DNA of 61,983 bases, filler included. It is 7 parts of 7 records of this genome, joined end to end, with 100 filler letters (N's around TTAATTAATTAA, not from the genome) between each part and the next. Parts side by side here need not be neighbours in the genome. Positions count along the whole stretch, not along the records: positions 51,098 to 56,327 come from SRR31156797_28321; positions 56,428 to 61,983 come from SRR31156797_28335; 5 more parts are not named here. One strand, 5' to 3'. How positions within the stretch are numbered: position 1 is the first letter of the stretch; each line of letters opens with the position of its first letter. A program made the translations under genes and the position numbers. Shown here in pieces: positions 52,352 to 61,983 of the stretch. The notes beneath the pieces are model-generated. The model had not been told where the DNA came from. It did not search any database and saw only the letters and a program-made list of their open reading frames with translations.

Positions 52352-53593
52352 TTATAAAGCGCGGTCGCATTTTAAATTCTCGCCATTCCATATTTTTACG
52401 CTTGTCCAGTCGCGATCTTTATCTGCCCAAAATTCGTCTTCAACGGAAAGTCCCAAGGGTAAAAAAGCAGTTGTGCAAAGGTAAAGACTTCCGGTAGAAA
52501 TGTAGTATTCACCAAGGGAATTCTGATGGCCGCAAAGTCCTATTTGCAACCAGCCTTCATCATTAAAAGTGCCTTTTACCGACATTAGTCGTTGCATAAC
52601 TGCTGTAAGAGCGCAACGAACTTGTGCCGGTTTTACTTCTTCGGGTAAACGGTTTTGCAAGGCTGCTTGTGCCAGGTGCTGAAAAGCTCCCATCCGGTAG
52701 GCAATCGACCGGCCAATTGGAGGGAAGGTTCCTTCCGGAGAAATGAGTCGCTCCTGAATAGCAGCGTACCGCGAAAAACGTTTCGCGATCTTCTCTGTTT
52801 CCTTTTTGTTGAATTTCCCTTTCTCAGTCATCACTGTTACAATGTCCATCAACATGGGCTGAATTACATAACTGTTATAATAGTCCCAGTGGAAGTCCGG
52901 GCCGTCGCCATACATGCCATCTCCTAGGTACCATTCCTGGTGTTTTTTTACCGGTAAATCGATGCGCATAATGTCGTATGGCAGATCGTTATCCATAAAG
53001 AAAGCTTCAACCATAGTAGCAAAAAGCAGCCAGTTGGAGTAGTAAGGTTTTACTTCTCGTGTTGCCACAAAGCATTGTATTACATTTTGTTGGGCCTCGC
53101 CAGAAAGTGCCTGCCACAATTGTTTGGGAGCGCGTAAAAACGCATGAGCCAAAAAGGCGGCATCCACAAGTATTTGTGGTTCCATATGGCCGAAAAGGTA
53201 GTCTTCTGATTTGGGATTAACAATGCTGGCAACAGTTGTTAATGCCATTTTACGGAGTTTATTTCGAAGATTTTGTTCGTTCGATGGTCCCGAGTCACTT
53301 TCCAGCCAGGGAGCCATGCCTGCTAACAAGCGGCCTACAGCTTCAAGATAGGTAGAAGGTTTTTCTTTATCGCCTGTTGTGGTTTCTACAGGCATCGTGG
53401 CCAGCAGTTTTTCTTTGCTTCCAGCCCTAAGAACGGGTGTGGCTATCTGGTTCAGCAATTCTATCCAATAATTTCTGTGATTTATATCTTGTTTGGCAAA
53501 ATTGTAAGAAGAAAAAGCATGGAGTTTATTTATTAACAACGTTCCTAAACCCAATGCAGGAACTGTTTTGAAAAAGTTTCGTCGGTTTATCAT
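52352..53593 (-). CDS. DUF2264 protein (GH154-like), Tat-exported
   Basis: Likely start is the ATG at 53593 (MINRRNFFK, twin-arginine). LEAVGRLLAG, QILVDAAFLA, SNWLLF, GDGMYGDG..FHWDYYNS, GRSIAYR, YISTGSLY. Confidence 0.85.
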   Translation of the reverse strand: MINRRNFFKTVPALGLGTLLINKLHAFSSYNFAKQDINHRNYWIELLNQIATPVLRAGSKEKLLATMPVETTTGDKEKPSTYLEAVGRLLAGMAPWLESDSGPSNEQNLRNKLRKMALTTVASIVNPKSEDYLFGHMEPQILVDAAFLAHAFLRAPKQLWQALSGEAQQNVIQCFVATREVKPYYSNWLLFATMVEAFFMDNDLPYDIMRIDLPVKKHQEWYLGDGMYGDGPDFHWDYYNSYVIQPMLMDIVTVMTEKGKFNKKETEKIAKRFSRYAAIQERLISPEGTFPPIGRSIAYRMGAFQHLAQAALQNRLPEEVKPAQVRCALTAVMQRLMSVKGTFNDEGWLQIGLCGHQNSLGEYYISTGSLYLCTTAFLPLGLSVEDEFWADKDRDWTSVKIWNGENLKCDRAL

Positions 53594-53784
53594 TGTATAA
53601 ATTTTAAGAGCGCGAAAGATAAGAATATTAGATTCTTTAGAGGTGGATTTTGTATCGTAACCAATATTCTTTTTATAATTTTCATAGACCTGATTACTCA
53701 ATTCAGCTTTCCAAAAGATTTCCGTTTATTTAGGAAAACTGCCGATTCGTTTTACTTTTGTAATTATTTAAAAAGATTTAAAAG

Positions 53785-55335
53785 ATGATACCAGTTTCGC
53801 GTATAACAGCATTGTACTTTTTGTTTGTTGTAATCTCAGTTTTGTCAGATAGTTTATCAGCGCAGGAAATTGTTCAAGTGGAGATTTTTCGGGCTGAGGA
53901 AAAAACCAAACTTAATCCGAATTTATACGGGCAGTTTATCGAGTATTTAGGGAACAGTATTACCGGTGGGATTTACGACGAAGGTTCGGAATTGTCAGAT
54001 ACCAACGGATTCAGACGTGATGTGCTGGAGAAAATGAATGATTTGGAGGTGCCGGTGTTACGTTACCCGGGAGGAACGGTAACAAAAATCTATCATTGGG
54101 AAGATGGAATTGGCCCCAAAGAAAATCGTCCGGCTAGGAGAAACCTGATTTGGGGTGGTGTTGAGAATAATCACTTTGGAACAGACGAATACATACAATA
54201 CTGTCGGGAGATTGATGCGGAGCCTTACATTGTGGTTAATATGGGATCGGGAACAGCAGAGGAAGCAGCCAATTGGGTTGAATACTGCAACGGAACCGGT
54301 GACACCTATTACGCCAACCTGAGACGGAAATACGGACAGGAAAAGCCCTACAATGTAAAATACTGGAGTTTAGGGAACGAAGAAGCTGCGGAACCTGATG
54401 CCGGAAGGCTTTATGATCCGAAAGACTATGCAAAGGAATCGTGGTATTTTGCCAAATTGATGAAACTTACCGACCCGACAATTAAATTATTTGTTGTGGC
54501 CGATCCGTTTAAGTACGAATGGAATGATGTGGTACTGGAATCGCTAGCCCCAATAACTGATTATGTTTCGCTGCATTGGTATGTGGGAACAAATCCGGGC
54601 GAACCCTATTCGATATATTCATATGTAAGTCAATTCGATTCAAGTTTAACCAAACTGGGCAATTACCTTTCAAATTTTCCGGATACCGTTAAGGATTTTC
54701 CAAAATGGTATCGTTTTCCGCCGCGTGAGAATCCTATAAAAATTTCGGTTGACGAATGGGGGATTTGGGAAGGAAGTTGCGGAGGAAAGTATAACCTTGA
54801 TTGTGAATATACCTGGAGGCATGCTTTAGCAACAGCTTCATTTTTAAATGTTTTTCATCGGCAGGCAAAGTACGTTACTATGGCTAACTGGGCACAATCG
54901 GTTAATGTTTTGGGGGCCATTCTGGCCAATAAGCAGGGAGCCGTTGAACAAACAGTTTTTTATCCTTTAAAATATTACCGGAAGTTTTTGGGAGATGAAA
55001 AACTGGAATTTAAGGTCTCCAATAATCCTGTAATCTCCGATCAACAAAATATTGCCTCACTTGATGTATCGGCCACCTTTAATTCTTCAACAAACGAAAT
55101 AAGTGTTTTTGTTGTAAACCGGAGTAAAGAAACCATTCCGTTGGAAATGCATTCTTGGGAAACAACCGAAAGATCGGCAAAAATGATTGAACTTACAGCC
55201 CCAAATGTGGAAGCAAAAAATGTGGTGGGTAAAAAAAGTGTGATTAAGGTGAAGGAGAAAGCAGTTGATATCGATCGTTTAATAGAAATTGCGCCGGTGT
55301 CAATATCAATTTTGGTACTTAATCAGACTAATTAG
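53785..55335 (+). CDS. GH51 alpha-L-arabinofuranosidase
   Basis: YGQFIE, GFRRDV, LRYPGG, WEDGIGP, NHFGTDE, WSLGNE, VDEWG, NWAQSVN. Confidence 0.92.
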   Translation: MIPVSRITALYFLFVVISVLSDSLSAQEIVQVEIFRAEEKTKLNPNLYGQFIEYLGNSITGGIYDEGSELSDTNGFRRDVLEKMNDLEVPVLRYPGGTVTKIYHWEDGIGPKENRPARRNLIWGGVENNHFGTDEYIQYCREIDAEPYIVVNMGSGTAEEAANWVEYCNGTGDTYYANLRRKYGQEKPYNVKYWSLGNEEAAEPDAGRLYDPKDYAKESWYFAKLMKLTDPTIKLFVVADPFKYEWNDVVLESLAPITDYVSLHWYVGTNPGEPYSIYSYVSQFDSSLTKLGNYLSNFPDTVKDFPKWYRFPPRENPIKISVDEWGIWEGSCGGKYNLDCEYTWRHALATASFLNVFHRQAKYVTMANWAQSVNVLGAILANKQGAVEQTVFYPLKYYRKFLGDEKLEFKVSNNPVISDQQNIASLDVSATFNSSTNEISVFVVNRSKETIPLEMHSWETTERSAKMIELTAPNVEAKNVVGKKSVIKVKEKAVDIDRLIEIAPVSISILVLNQTN

Positions 55336-55455
55336 AGCTATCGATTTGTTTAGTTCCAAAAACAAGAGGAAAACTCCGTAATGTTATTAGGAACGGAATA
55401 AAGGTAAAAATTACCTCTTTTTTTTACTATGTTTGTTAAACTAACAAACTAAAAT

Positions 55456-56052
55456 TTGGCTATCGATAATAAACGAATCATAACAGGTATCCAAAACAGG
55501 GACTTAAAAGCTTTTGAAGAACTGTTTTTTAATTACCATGGGAAACTGGTATTGTTTGCCAATAAATTTATTGGCGATATGCAGGCATCGCGCGACCTGG
55601 TTCAGGATGTTTTTTTTGCCCTTTGGGAAAAATCCGGTCAACTGGAAATAAAACAATCACCAAAAGCCTATTTGTATCAAATGGTTCGGAATGGCTGTTT
55701 AAATTATAATCGGCATTTATCCATAAGAAATACGGTTGAAGCAGAATTGGAAAAAAAAATTACCGAACTCGAGAAGCAATTCTACAAACACACCGATGAT
55801 CCATACTTCAGTTTGATTGAATTGGAACTGGAACAGAAAATAAACGAGGTGATTGAACGTATGCCAGCGAAATGTCGCGAGGTTTTTGAACTCAGCCGAT
55901 TTGAAAACTTGAAAAACAAAGAAATTGCTGAGAAACTGGATATTTCCGTAAAAATGGTAGAGAAGCACATATCCAAAGCATTAGTTATACTTCGTCGCGA
56001 TCTGGCTGATTATATGGGTGTTCTGTTTGTAATGTTTATTTCCCGAATGTAG
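55456..56052 (+). CDS. ECF-type RNA polymerase sigma-70 factor (Bacteroidetes PUL type)
   Basis: AFEELF, DLVQDVFFALW, YLYQMVRNGCLN, MPAKCREVFELSR, EIAEKLDISVKMVEKHISKAL. Confidence 0.93.
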   Translation: MAIDNKRIITGIQNRDLKAFEELFFNYHGKLVLFANKFIGDMQASRDLVQDVFFALWEKSGQLEIKQSPKAYLYQMVRNGCLNYNRHLSIRNTVEAELEKKITELEKQFYKHTDDPYFSLIELELEQKINEVIERMPAKCREVFELSRFENLKNKEIAEKLDISVKMVEKHISKALVILRRDLADYMGVLFVMFISRM

Positions 56053-56180
56053 TTAAACGTGATTTTAAATATCCATTTCCCCCTTCTTCTCAACAATTTT
56101 AAATATTTCCAAAAAAAAATATCTTTCAGAGGTAGGGTATCTTATTTGAGATGTGTCTCAGCAATAACTAAACAGGAAAA

Positions 56181-56327
56181 ATGAACAAAACTCGACCAAT
56201 AAAATCATTGATCATAGCGGAGTTGGATGGTAATATTTCGGTAGAAGAAAAAGAGTTGCTCTACAACTGGATAGCTAAATCTGAAAATAATGTACGCTAC
56301 TATTCCCAGATAAAAGATCTTTGGGAA
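56181..56327 (+). CDS. FecR-like anti-sigma factor, N-terminal fragment
   Basis: LIIAELDGNIS.EEKELL..WIAKSENN..YY..IK.LW pattern directly downstream of the ECF sigma gene. Confidence 0.75.
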
Positions 56328-56427
56328 NNNNNNNNNNNNNNNNNNNNNNNNNNNNNNNNNNNNNNNNNNNNTTAATTAATTAANNNNNNNNNNNNNNNNN
56401 NNNNNNNNNNNNNNNNNNNNNNNNNNN
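56328..56427. other. Artificial contig linker
   Basis: N44-TTAATTAATTAA-N44. Confidence 0.99.
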
Positions 56428-56537
56428 TGCAAGATCACCTGCCTGATGTAGGCTGGTATGGAAAATGATGAGCGCTGTGTATACGGCTCTCTATATTATT
56501 AAAAGCGTCTTGAGTCGAACACGCCCCGGAGATTTAT

Positions 56538-57356
56538 ATGATTAAAACCGATGGCCGTTTTCCTTTGGCGGTTCAAACGACTCTCCCGGAAAATTACCAG
56601 GAAGACGACGCCTTTCAAGCGGAGCTCCAGGCAGCGCAATCATTGGGATTGACAGGGGTTGAGCTTAACATCGCCGACCCGAAAGAAAATGAAATGGCTG
56701 AAGTTTGCAGGTTTCTTGATCGCTTCGACCTGAAGTTCACCATGCTGGCCACGGGTTTAACCGCCAAAATAAAAGGTTTGTCTCTCTCCAGCCCGGATGC
56801 TTTAATAAAGGAAAAATCGGTTGAAGAATGCAAGGCCATGATTGATTGCGCGGCCGAAGTCAAAGCCGGCGTCATAATCGGCTTCCTTAAGGGCGGGATT
56901 GGCGAGGATAGAGCGGCGGCGAATAAAAGATTCGCGGACTCGTTAACCGGCATTGTTCCCTTTGCGGAAAAAAAACGAGTCCAGGTGTTGATTGAAGCCA
57001 CCAATCGTTATGAATCGGCTATTGCCAACAGCCTGGAAGAGGCGGTTGGATTTATACGGCCGCTGGGCAGCGATTACATTAAAATATTACCTGATACTTT
57101 TCATATGAATATTGAAGAAAGCACAACGCCTGCTGAGTCACTAAAAATCTACGCTGGTTATTACGATTCTATACATCTTTCAGACAACAATCGACGACTG
57201 CCGGGCTTTGGAAATTTGGATTTTAAATCGATATTTGATGTTTTGGATCAGATCGGGTATCGGGGCGGCCTGGCTTTGGAAGGAAATTTTGAAGAATCCT
57301 TTGTTTCAGACCTCCGGCATTCCGTCGATTTTTTGGCCCGGCTTTTGGCTGAATGA
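56538..57356 (+). CDS. Sugar epimerase, xylose-isomerase-like TIM barrel (IolO/5-keto-L-gluconate epimerase-like)
   Basis: GVEL, VIIGFLKG, IEATNRYE, DTFHMNIEE, IHLSDNNR..PG.G; clustered with an iolN-like gene. Confidence 0.75.
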   Translation: MIKTDGRFPLAVQTTLPENYQEDDAFQAELQAAQSLGLTGVELNIADPKENEMAEVCRFLDRFDLKFTMLATGLTAKIKGLSLSSPDALIKEKSVEECKAMIDCAAEVKAGVIIGFLKGGIGEDRAAANKRFADSLTGIVPFAEKKRVQVLIEATNRYESAIANSLEEAVGFIRPLGSDYIKILPDTFHMNIEESTTPAESLKIYAGYYDSIHLSDNNRRLPGFGNLDFKSIFDVLDQIGYRGGLALEGNFEESFVSDLRHSVDFLARLLAE

Positions 57357-57376
57357 AAAGTTTGGAAGGGTGAAAC

Positions 57377-58903
57377 ATGAAACTTGATAAATCGTTTCTA
57401 AAAAGCGACGTCGCATTGCCGCCCGATCTTGAGGCGGGCGCCGTGAAGGACCTGCCGGAAAAGGCGCTTCAATTCGGCGAGGGCGTTTTTTTGCGAGCCT
57501 TTGTCGATTGGATGCTGGATCTGGCCAATCAACAGGGAGTATTTAACGGGCGGGCGGTTGTTGTCCAGCCGATTCCGGCGGGCCGGATTGATGATTTAAA
57601 CCGGCAGGATGGTTTATACACCCTGTTGCTTCGGGGCGTGGACCAGGGCCGGGTCGTGGAAAAAAAACGGATCATAACATCCATAAGCCGGGGTGTGAAT
57701 CCTTATACTGATTGGCCGGGTTTTCTGGCCTGTGCGGAAAATCCTGATTTAAGGATAATAGTATCCAACACGACCGAAGCCGGAATCGCATACTTGAAAG
57801 AAGAATTTGTTGAAGGCCGGCCCCTGGATTCTTTTCCCGGCAAGCTCACAGCCCTTCTTTACCACCGCTATCAGTGTTTCGATGGAAACCCGGACAAGGG
57901 TTTCCTGGTTTTTCCATGTGAATTGATTGATCAAAACGGATCTAATCTGGAAAGAATAGTTCTAAGATTAGCTGAAGAGTGGCATTTACCCGGGGGGGTT
58001 ATCTCCTGGATTAAAGAACACAACCACTTTTTCAATACTTTGGTGGACCGGATCGTCACCGGCTATCCCGGGAGCGAGGTTAAAGAACTTGCCGAAAGCC
58101 TGGGGTATGATGATTCTTTAATGGATGCCGCCGAATATTTCCATCTTTGGGTTATTGAAGGCGACAGCCGGTTTAAATCCGAGCTTCCGCTTGATCAAGC
58201 CGGTTTAAATGTTGTCTGGACCGATAACCTGAAACCCTTTCGCGACCGCAAGGTGAAGGTGTTGAACGGCGCCCATACCATGACCGCGGCTGTCGCTTAC
58301 CTGTCCGGATTGGATACGGTCAAGGAAGCTGTTGAAGATAAAGTTGTCGGCAGGTTCATGTCGCGAGGAATCTTTGAAGAGATCCTGCCGCACCTCGACT
58401 TGCCCGACAAGGAGAAACAGGCTTTTGCGGCCGCCGTCCTGGAGCGTTTTCAAAATCCTTTCATTCGTCACCAGTGGATCGACATATCCCTGAATTCTGT
58501 TTCCAAATTCAAAACCCGCTGCCTTCCGTCAATTTTGGACTATATCGAGGCCCATAATTCTACGCCCGGCCTGATGAGCTTTGCATTGGCCGCACTGATT
58601 ATTTTTTATCGGGGTAAAATCATGAGCAGCGGTAAATTGGAAGCTTACAGGGGGGATGATACTTATCTGGTTGCCGACGACCGCAATGTACTGGAATTTT
58701 TTGCCGGCTGCTGGGCCGAATTTTTTGAAGCGGAAAACTCTAATCCGGATCGCCTCACCAAAATGATCCTGGGGGCCAAGGAGTTTTGGGGAACGGATCT
58801 GACCACATTGCCCGGATTGTCTGAAGCCGTGGCCGCTTCTCTCGACAAGATATTAAATCTGGGCCTTCCGCAAGCCCTGGAAGAGCTTTTGGCCGAAAAT
58901 TGA
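57377..58903 (+). CDS. uxaB: Tagaturonate reductase (altronate oxidoreductase)
   Basis: QFGEGVFLRAFVD, SNTTEAGI, SFPGKLT, PCELI, NTLVDRIVTGYP, KVKVLNGAHT, RFQNPF. Confidence 0.93.
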   Translation: MKLDKSFLKSDVALPPDLEAGAVKDLPEKALQFGEGVFLRAFVDWMLDLANQQGVFNGRAVVVQPIPAGRIDDLNRQDGLYTLLLRGVDQGRVVEKKRIITSISRGVNPYTDWPGFLACAENPDLRIIVSNTTEAGIAYLKEEFVEGRPLDSFPGKLTALLYHRYQCFDGNPDKGFLVFPCELIDQNGSNLERIVLRLAEEWHLPGGVISWIKEHNHFFNTLVDRIVTGYPGSEVKELAESLGYDDSLMDAAEYFHLWVIEGDSRFKSELPLDQAGLNVVWTDNLKPFRDRKVKVLNGAHTMTAAVAYLSGLDTVKEAVEDKVVGRFMSRGIFEEILPHLDLPDKEKQAFAAAVLERFQNPFIRHQWIDISLNSVSKFKTRCLPSILDYIEAHNSTPGLMSFALAALIIFYRGKIMSSGKLEAYRGDDTYLVADDRNVLEFFAGCWAEFFEAENSNPDRLTKMILGAKEFWGTDLTTLPGLSEAVAASLDKILNLGLPQALEELLAEN

Positions 58904-58911
58904 GGCGCCCT

Positions 58912-60414
58912 ATGGAAGAAAAGGAATACCAGGCTCTGAAAATCGATAAGCGAGACAATGTGGCCATGGCTTTGGAAGATGTTGATTCCGGCGGCATGGT
59001 AAAAGTCTCAGGTAGCTTGATCACGGTTTCAGAGCGCATTAAAGCAGGTCATAAATTCGCCCTGGAAGATATTCCGGCAGGATCAGACGCCGTCAAGTAC
59101 GGCCATTCAATCGGCCGGGCTGTTAAAGCTATCCATAAGGGCCAATGGGTGCATAGCCGCAATCTGGCCAGCGGCTTGTCCGGCGCCATGGACTACCAAT
59201 ATATTCCTCAGGTCGACCGTCAAGTCGAATCAGAAAAATCCCTGAGCTTTGAAGGGTACTTACGAAATGACGGCCGCGTCGGCGTCAGAAACGAAATCTG
59301 GATTCTGGTGACTGTGGGCTGCATAAATTCCTTTGCTGAAATGCTGGTCCGCAAAGCTGAAGAAAAATTCAGAGACGCGGAAGTGGATGGTATTTTTACT
59401 TTCACTCATCCTTACGGATGTTCTCAGCTGGGCGACGATTTACTGAACACCCAGAAAATTCTAAGAGGAATGGTTAACCATCCCAATGCCGGTGCGGTTC
59501 TGGTTTTGGGATTGGGGTGTGAAAATAACAATATCAAAGTTTTTAAGAACGTGCTGGGGGATTACGACCCGCACCGGGTTGGATTTCTGAATCTTCAGGA
59601 CGTGGATGACGAGCTGGAAGCAGCTTTACGGCTGCTGGAAAAGTTGGTCGGTCGGGCCGAAAAGCTCAAGCGGCAAAGCGTTCCGGCGTCCAAGCTTGTA
59701 TTGGGTTTGAAATGCGGCGGGTCGGATGCTTTTTCCGGCATTACGGCCAACCCGCTTTTGGGTGAAGTTGCGGACCGTCTGGTTTTGATGGGCGGCAGCG
59801 CGGTTCTGACCGAAGTTCCTGAAATGTTTGGAGCGGAAACCGTTTTGATGAACCGCTCTTTAAACCGGGATGTTTTTCAGCGGACCGTAAATATGGTTAA
59901 CGGCTTTAAGGAATATTTCATCAGGCACAATCAGCCGGTTTATGAAAATCCGTCTCCGGGGAACAAAGAAGGCGGCCTGACCACGTTGGAGGAAAAATCC
60001 CTGGGCTGCATTAGAAAGGCAGGCAGCCGTCCGGTGGTCGACGTTATCGACTACGGCGATGCCGTGACAAAGCAGGGATTGACCCTGTTGAGCGGACCGG
60101 GAAACGATCTTGTTTCTACAACTGCGCTAACCGCTGCCGGGGCGCAGCTTGTGGTTTTCACCACGGGCAGGGGCACGCCCTGGGGAGGCCCTGTTCCAAC
60201 TTTGAAAATGGCTTCCAATTCGGATTTGGCCTTGAAAAAGAAAACCTGGATCGATTTCAACGCCGGGCGAATGATGCAAGGTGAAAACATATCCGACCTG
60301 GCTGATGAATTATTGGATTTTATAATTGAAACGGCTTCAGGCCGAGTCAAGTGTCGAAATGAAGAAAGCGGCTCTCGCGGCATGGCCATTTTTAAGGATG
60401 GCGTAACCTTATGA
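58912..60414 (+). CDS. uxaA: Altronate dehydratase
   Basis: SAF domain (DNVAMAL, GHKFAL, KYG), GVRNE, HPYGCSQLGDD, GLGCE, KCGGSD, ENPSPGNKEGGLTTLEEKSLG. Start is the ATG at 58912. Confidence 0.93.
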   Translation: MEEKEYQALKIDKRDNVAMALEDVDSGGMVKVSGSLITVSERIKAGHKFALEDIPAGSDAVKYGHSIGRAVKAIHKGQWVHSRNLASGLSGAMDYQYIPQVDRQVESEKSLSFEGYLRNDGRVGVRNEIWILVTVGCINSFAEMLVRKAEEKFRDAEVDGIFTFTHPYGCSQLGDDLLNTQKILRGMVNHPNAGAVLVLGLGCENNNIKVFKNVLGDYDPHRVGFLNLQDVDDELEAALRLLEKLVGRAEKLKRQSVPASKLVLGLKCGGSDAFSGITANPLLGEVADRLVLMGGSAVLTEVPEMFGAETVLMNRSLNRDVFQRTVNMVNGFKEYFIRHNQPVYENPSPGNKEGGLTTLEEKSLGCIRKAGSRPVVDVIDYGDAVTKQGLTLLSGPGNDLVSTTALTAAGAQLVVFTTGRGTPWGGPVPTLKMASNSDLALKKKTWIDFNAGRMMQGENISDLADELLDFIIETASGRVKCRNEESGSRGMAIFKDGVTL

Positions 60415-60555
60415 TGTTTGTTCTGCAAAACACCTTTTGGCCGGGACGTCGAGGGTCGCTCGTTAAATAGTGATTACAAGTTACTGGAGCATATCCTGCG
60501 AATGAAATAATAAGAATTTGTTTACCAACAGATGAGTTAAAAAGCGAGGACAAGA

Positions 60556-61668
60556 ATGAATCAACCCAAATGGCTGACAACTGAATACCCTGAGATCATA
60601 TTTGAAAACAATTCCGTAGGCCTTTTGAAAAAACAGATTTGGGACGCATCGGAAAACCAGATTGATGAAATACTGAAAGAATACGAAATCCCGTCCGAAT
60701 CGGAACTGGGCAAGGCGGGCTGCTATATTCAGAATACGCCGCGAGTCAAGTGTATAGAAAAAAGAAGAAAAAACGACATCATTTTTTTGCCTATCGGATG
60801 CACTGAAAACCATGGCCGCCACGCCAACACGGGTTTGGACACCTTCATGGTAACGCAGATACTTGAAGGCGTAAGGCGATACACTGCCAAACAAGGCCGG
60901 GAAGTCAACCTGGCCTTTACGCCTCTTAATTACGGCGGACATCCGTACCATCACATGGGCATGCCCGGAACGGTGATTATTCCCAAGGAAGTTGTGGAAG
61001 AAATGATCGTTTACACCATGCTGGGACTGTGGAACGACGGGTACCGCAAGATCATCATGATTAATAATCACGGTCATCTATGGATGCTCGAATCGGCGGT
61101 TCAGGAATTCATGAAGCGTTTCCAGCTTCCAGGTATATTTCAGGTGCTGGACTGGCACCGGGCGGTCCGTGAATTCTTCATGCCCGTGGACCGGGGCGAC
61201 AGCCTGGAGACCAACTTTGTGCATGCGGATGAAAGCGAAACGTCGGTAGCGCAACTGATGTTCCCGGAAATGGTGGATATGAGCGTGGTGGAAGATGCCG
61301 AAGGCGAGACCTTCCTTCCCGAAGGGCACTTTGATACTTCTGTCGACCCTCATCGCCGGCCGCATCGCTGGTCTGAAGGCGAGGGACATTTTGCCATTGA
61401 ACGGTATGCCACCCCACAGGGAGTCGTCGGGCGCCCGAGCCTGGCCGATCCCCGGAAAGCCAAGCGGCCGATTGCTGCCATTCTTAAATACCTGACTCTG
61501 CTCCACGACCAGATCCTGGATGCATTTCCGGCCGGTACTGTTCCTCCTGTTAATAAAGTCACCCTTAGAGATCCCGGGGAACTGGAGCCTTTCCTCAAGG
61601 AGCCGTTTAGTGAAGGTTGGAAGTCGGTCTATGAACTGCCGCATTGCGGACCATTTCATAAATTATAA
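60556..61668 (+). CDS. iolN: Creatininase-family hydrolase, IolN (3-dehydro-scyllo-inosose hydrolase)-like
   Basis: PIGCTENHG..ANTGLDT, YGGHPYHHMGMPGTV, NNHGH, FVHADESETS, FLPEGHFD, GVVG, KEPFSEGW, which match my recollection of Thermotoga IolN. Confidence 0.75.
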   Translation: MNQPKWLTTEYPEIIFENNSVGLLKKQIWDASENQIDEILKEYEIPSESELGKAGCYIQNTPRVKCIEKRRKNDIIFLPIGCTENHGRHANTGLDTFMVTQILEGVRRYTAKQGREVNLAFTPLNYGGHPYHHMGMPGTVIIPKEVVEEMIVYTMLGLWNDGYRKIIMINNHGHLWMLESAVQEFMKRFQLPGIFQVLDWHRAVREFFMPVDRGDSLETNFVHADESETSVAQLMFPEMVDMSVVEDAEGETFLPEGHFDTSVDPHRRPHRWSEGEGHFAIERYATPQGVVGRPSLADPRKAKRPIAAILKYLTLLHDQILDAFPAGTVPPVNKVTLRDPGELEPFLKEPFSEGWKSVYELPHCGPFHKL

Positions 61669-61983
61669 GATGTTGACGGCAAAGGCCCAATCACGCCCCG
61701 CCTTGCTTATGCCGTCGGACGCCCGCCGATCATAGGCGGTTTCCACTGCGATCCATGGAAAATGATCGGCTCTTTGTAAAAAACAGAGCCGGTCAGGCGT
61801 CCTTCCTATAAGCTCTTCCTTAAAAGCCTCGCCCAAATTTTATTATTCCTGGTCAATTATGGGCGCAGCCTCACTTGGCGTGGTCGCTTGTTTTCCTATA
61901 CTGAATATACAATCTCCGATTCACGATACGATGTTTAATCCTCCAATGAGGGCTTATAGCGTTTCTCATATTTAAATTCCGAT

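Noticed and set aside
60481-61659. Long antisense ORFs (198 and 193 aa) opposite the iolN-like gene, and similar shadow ORFs elsewhere
   Set aside because: They are antisense shadows of strongly conserved sense genes and have no recognisable motifs.

Overview
The window is an artificial concatenation of seven unrelated contigs. They are joined by 100-bp linkers (N44-TTAATTAATTAA-N44), so gene neighbourhoods are only meaningful within a contig. A (1-13150): AT-rich Bacteroidetes arabinan-type polysaccharide utilisation locus (partial susC, Ig-like lipoprotein, GH146/GH127, hybrid two-component system, two GH43). Three of its promoters share one operator/promoter geometry. B (13251-26922): Bacteroidetes region with a hybrid kinase, GH13, blaI/M56-TonB with three palindromic operators, a TM1266-like gene plus hydG, and partial maeB. 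C (27023-36668): pgi 3' end, a membrane AraC-TPR regulator facing ankyrin/serine hydrolase genes, gpsA and glpK-glpD-glpF. D (36769-43214): a T9SS-CTD 3' end and a >2000-aa modular subtilase carrying a GC-richer inserted CBM-like domain. E (43315-50997), probably Desulfobacterota: three tandem tail-collar genes plus a DUF6916-like gene, a GH2 pseudogene, and an MglA GTPase operon (helical-repeat scaffold, Zn-ribbon-Roadblock fusion, Roadblock, small membrane protein) converging on a DUF4388/MshEN-like gene. F (51098-56327): Bacteroidetes GH88, DUF2264, GH51, ECF sigma and FecR. G (56428-61983): iolO-like, uxaB, uxaA and iolN-like genes, suggesting Thermotoga-type inositol catabolism joined to the altronate route. 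The best candidates for undescribed systems are the Mgl-type polarity module, the hybrid inositol pathway and the non-phage tail-collar trio. Family calls come from motif recognition by eye; no database search was run.
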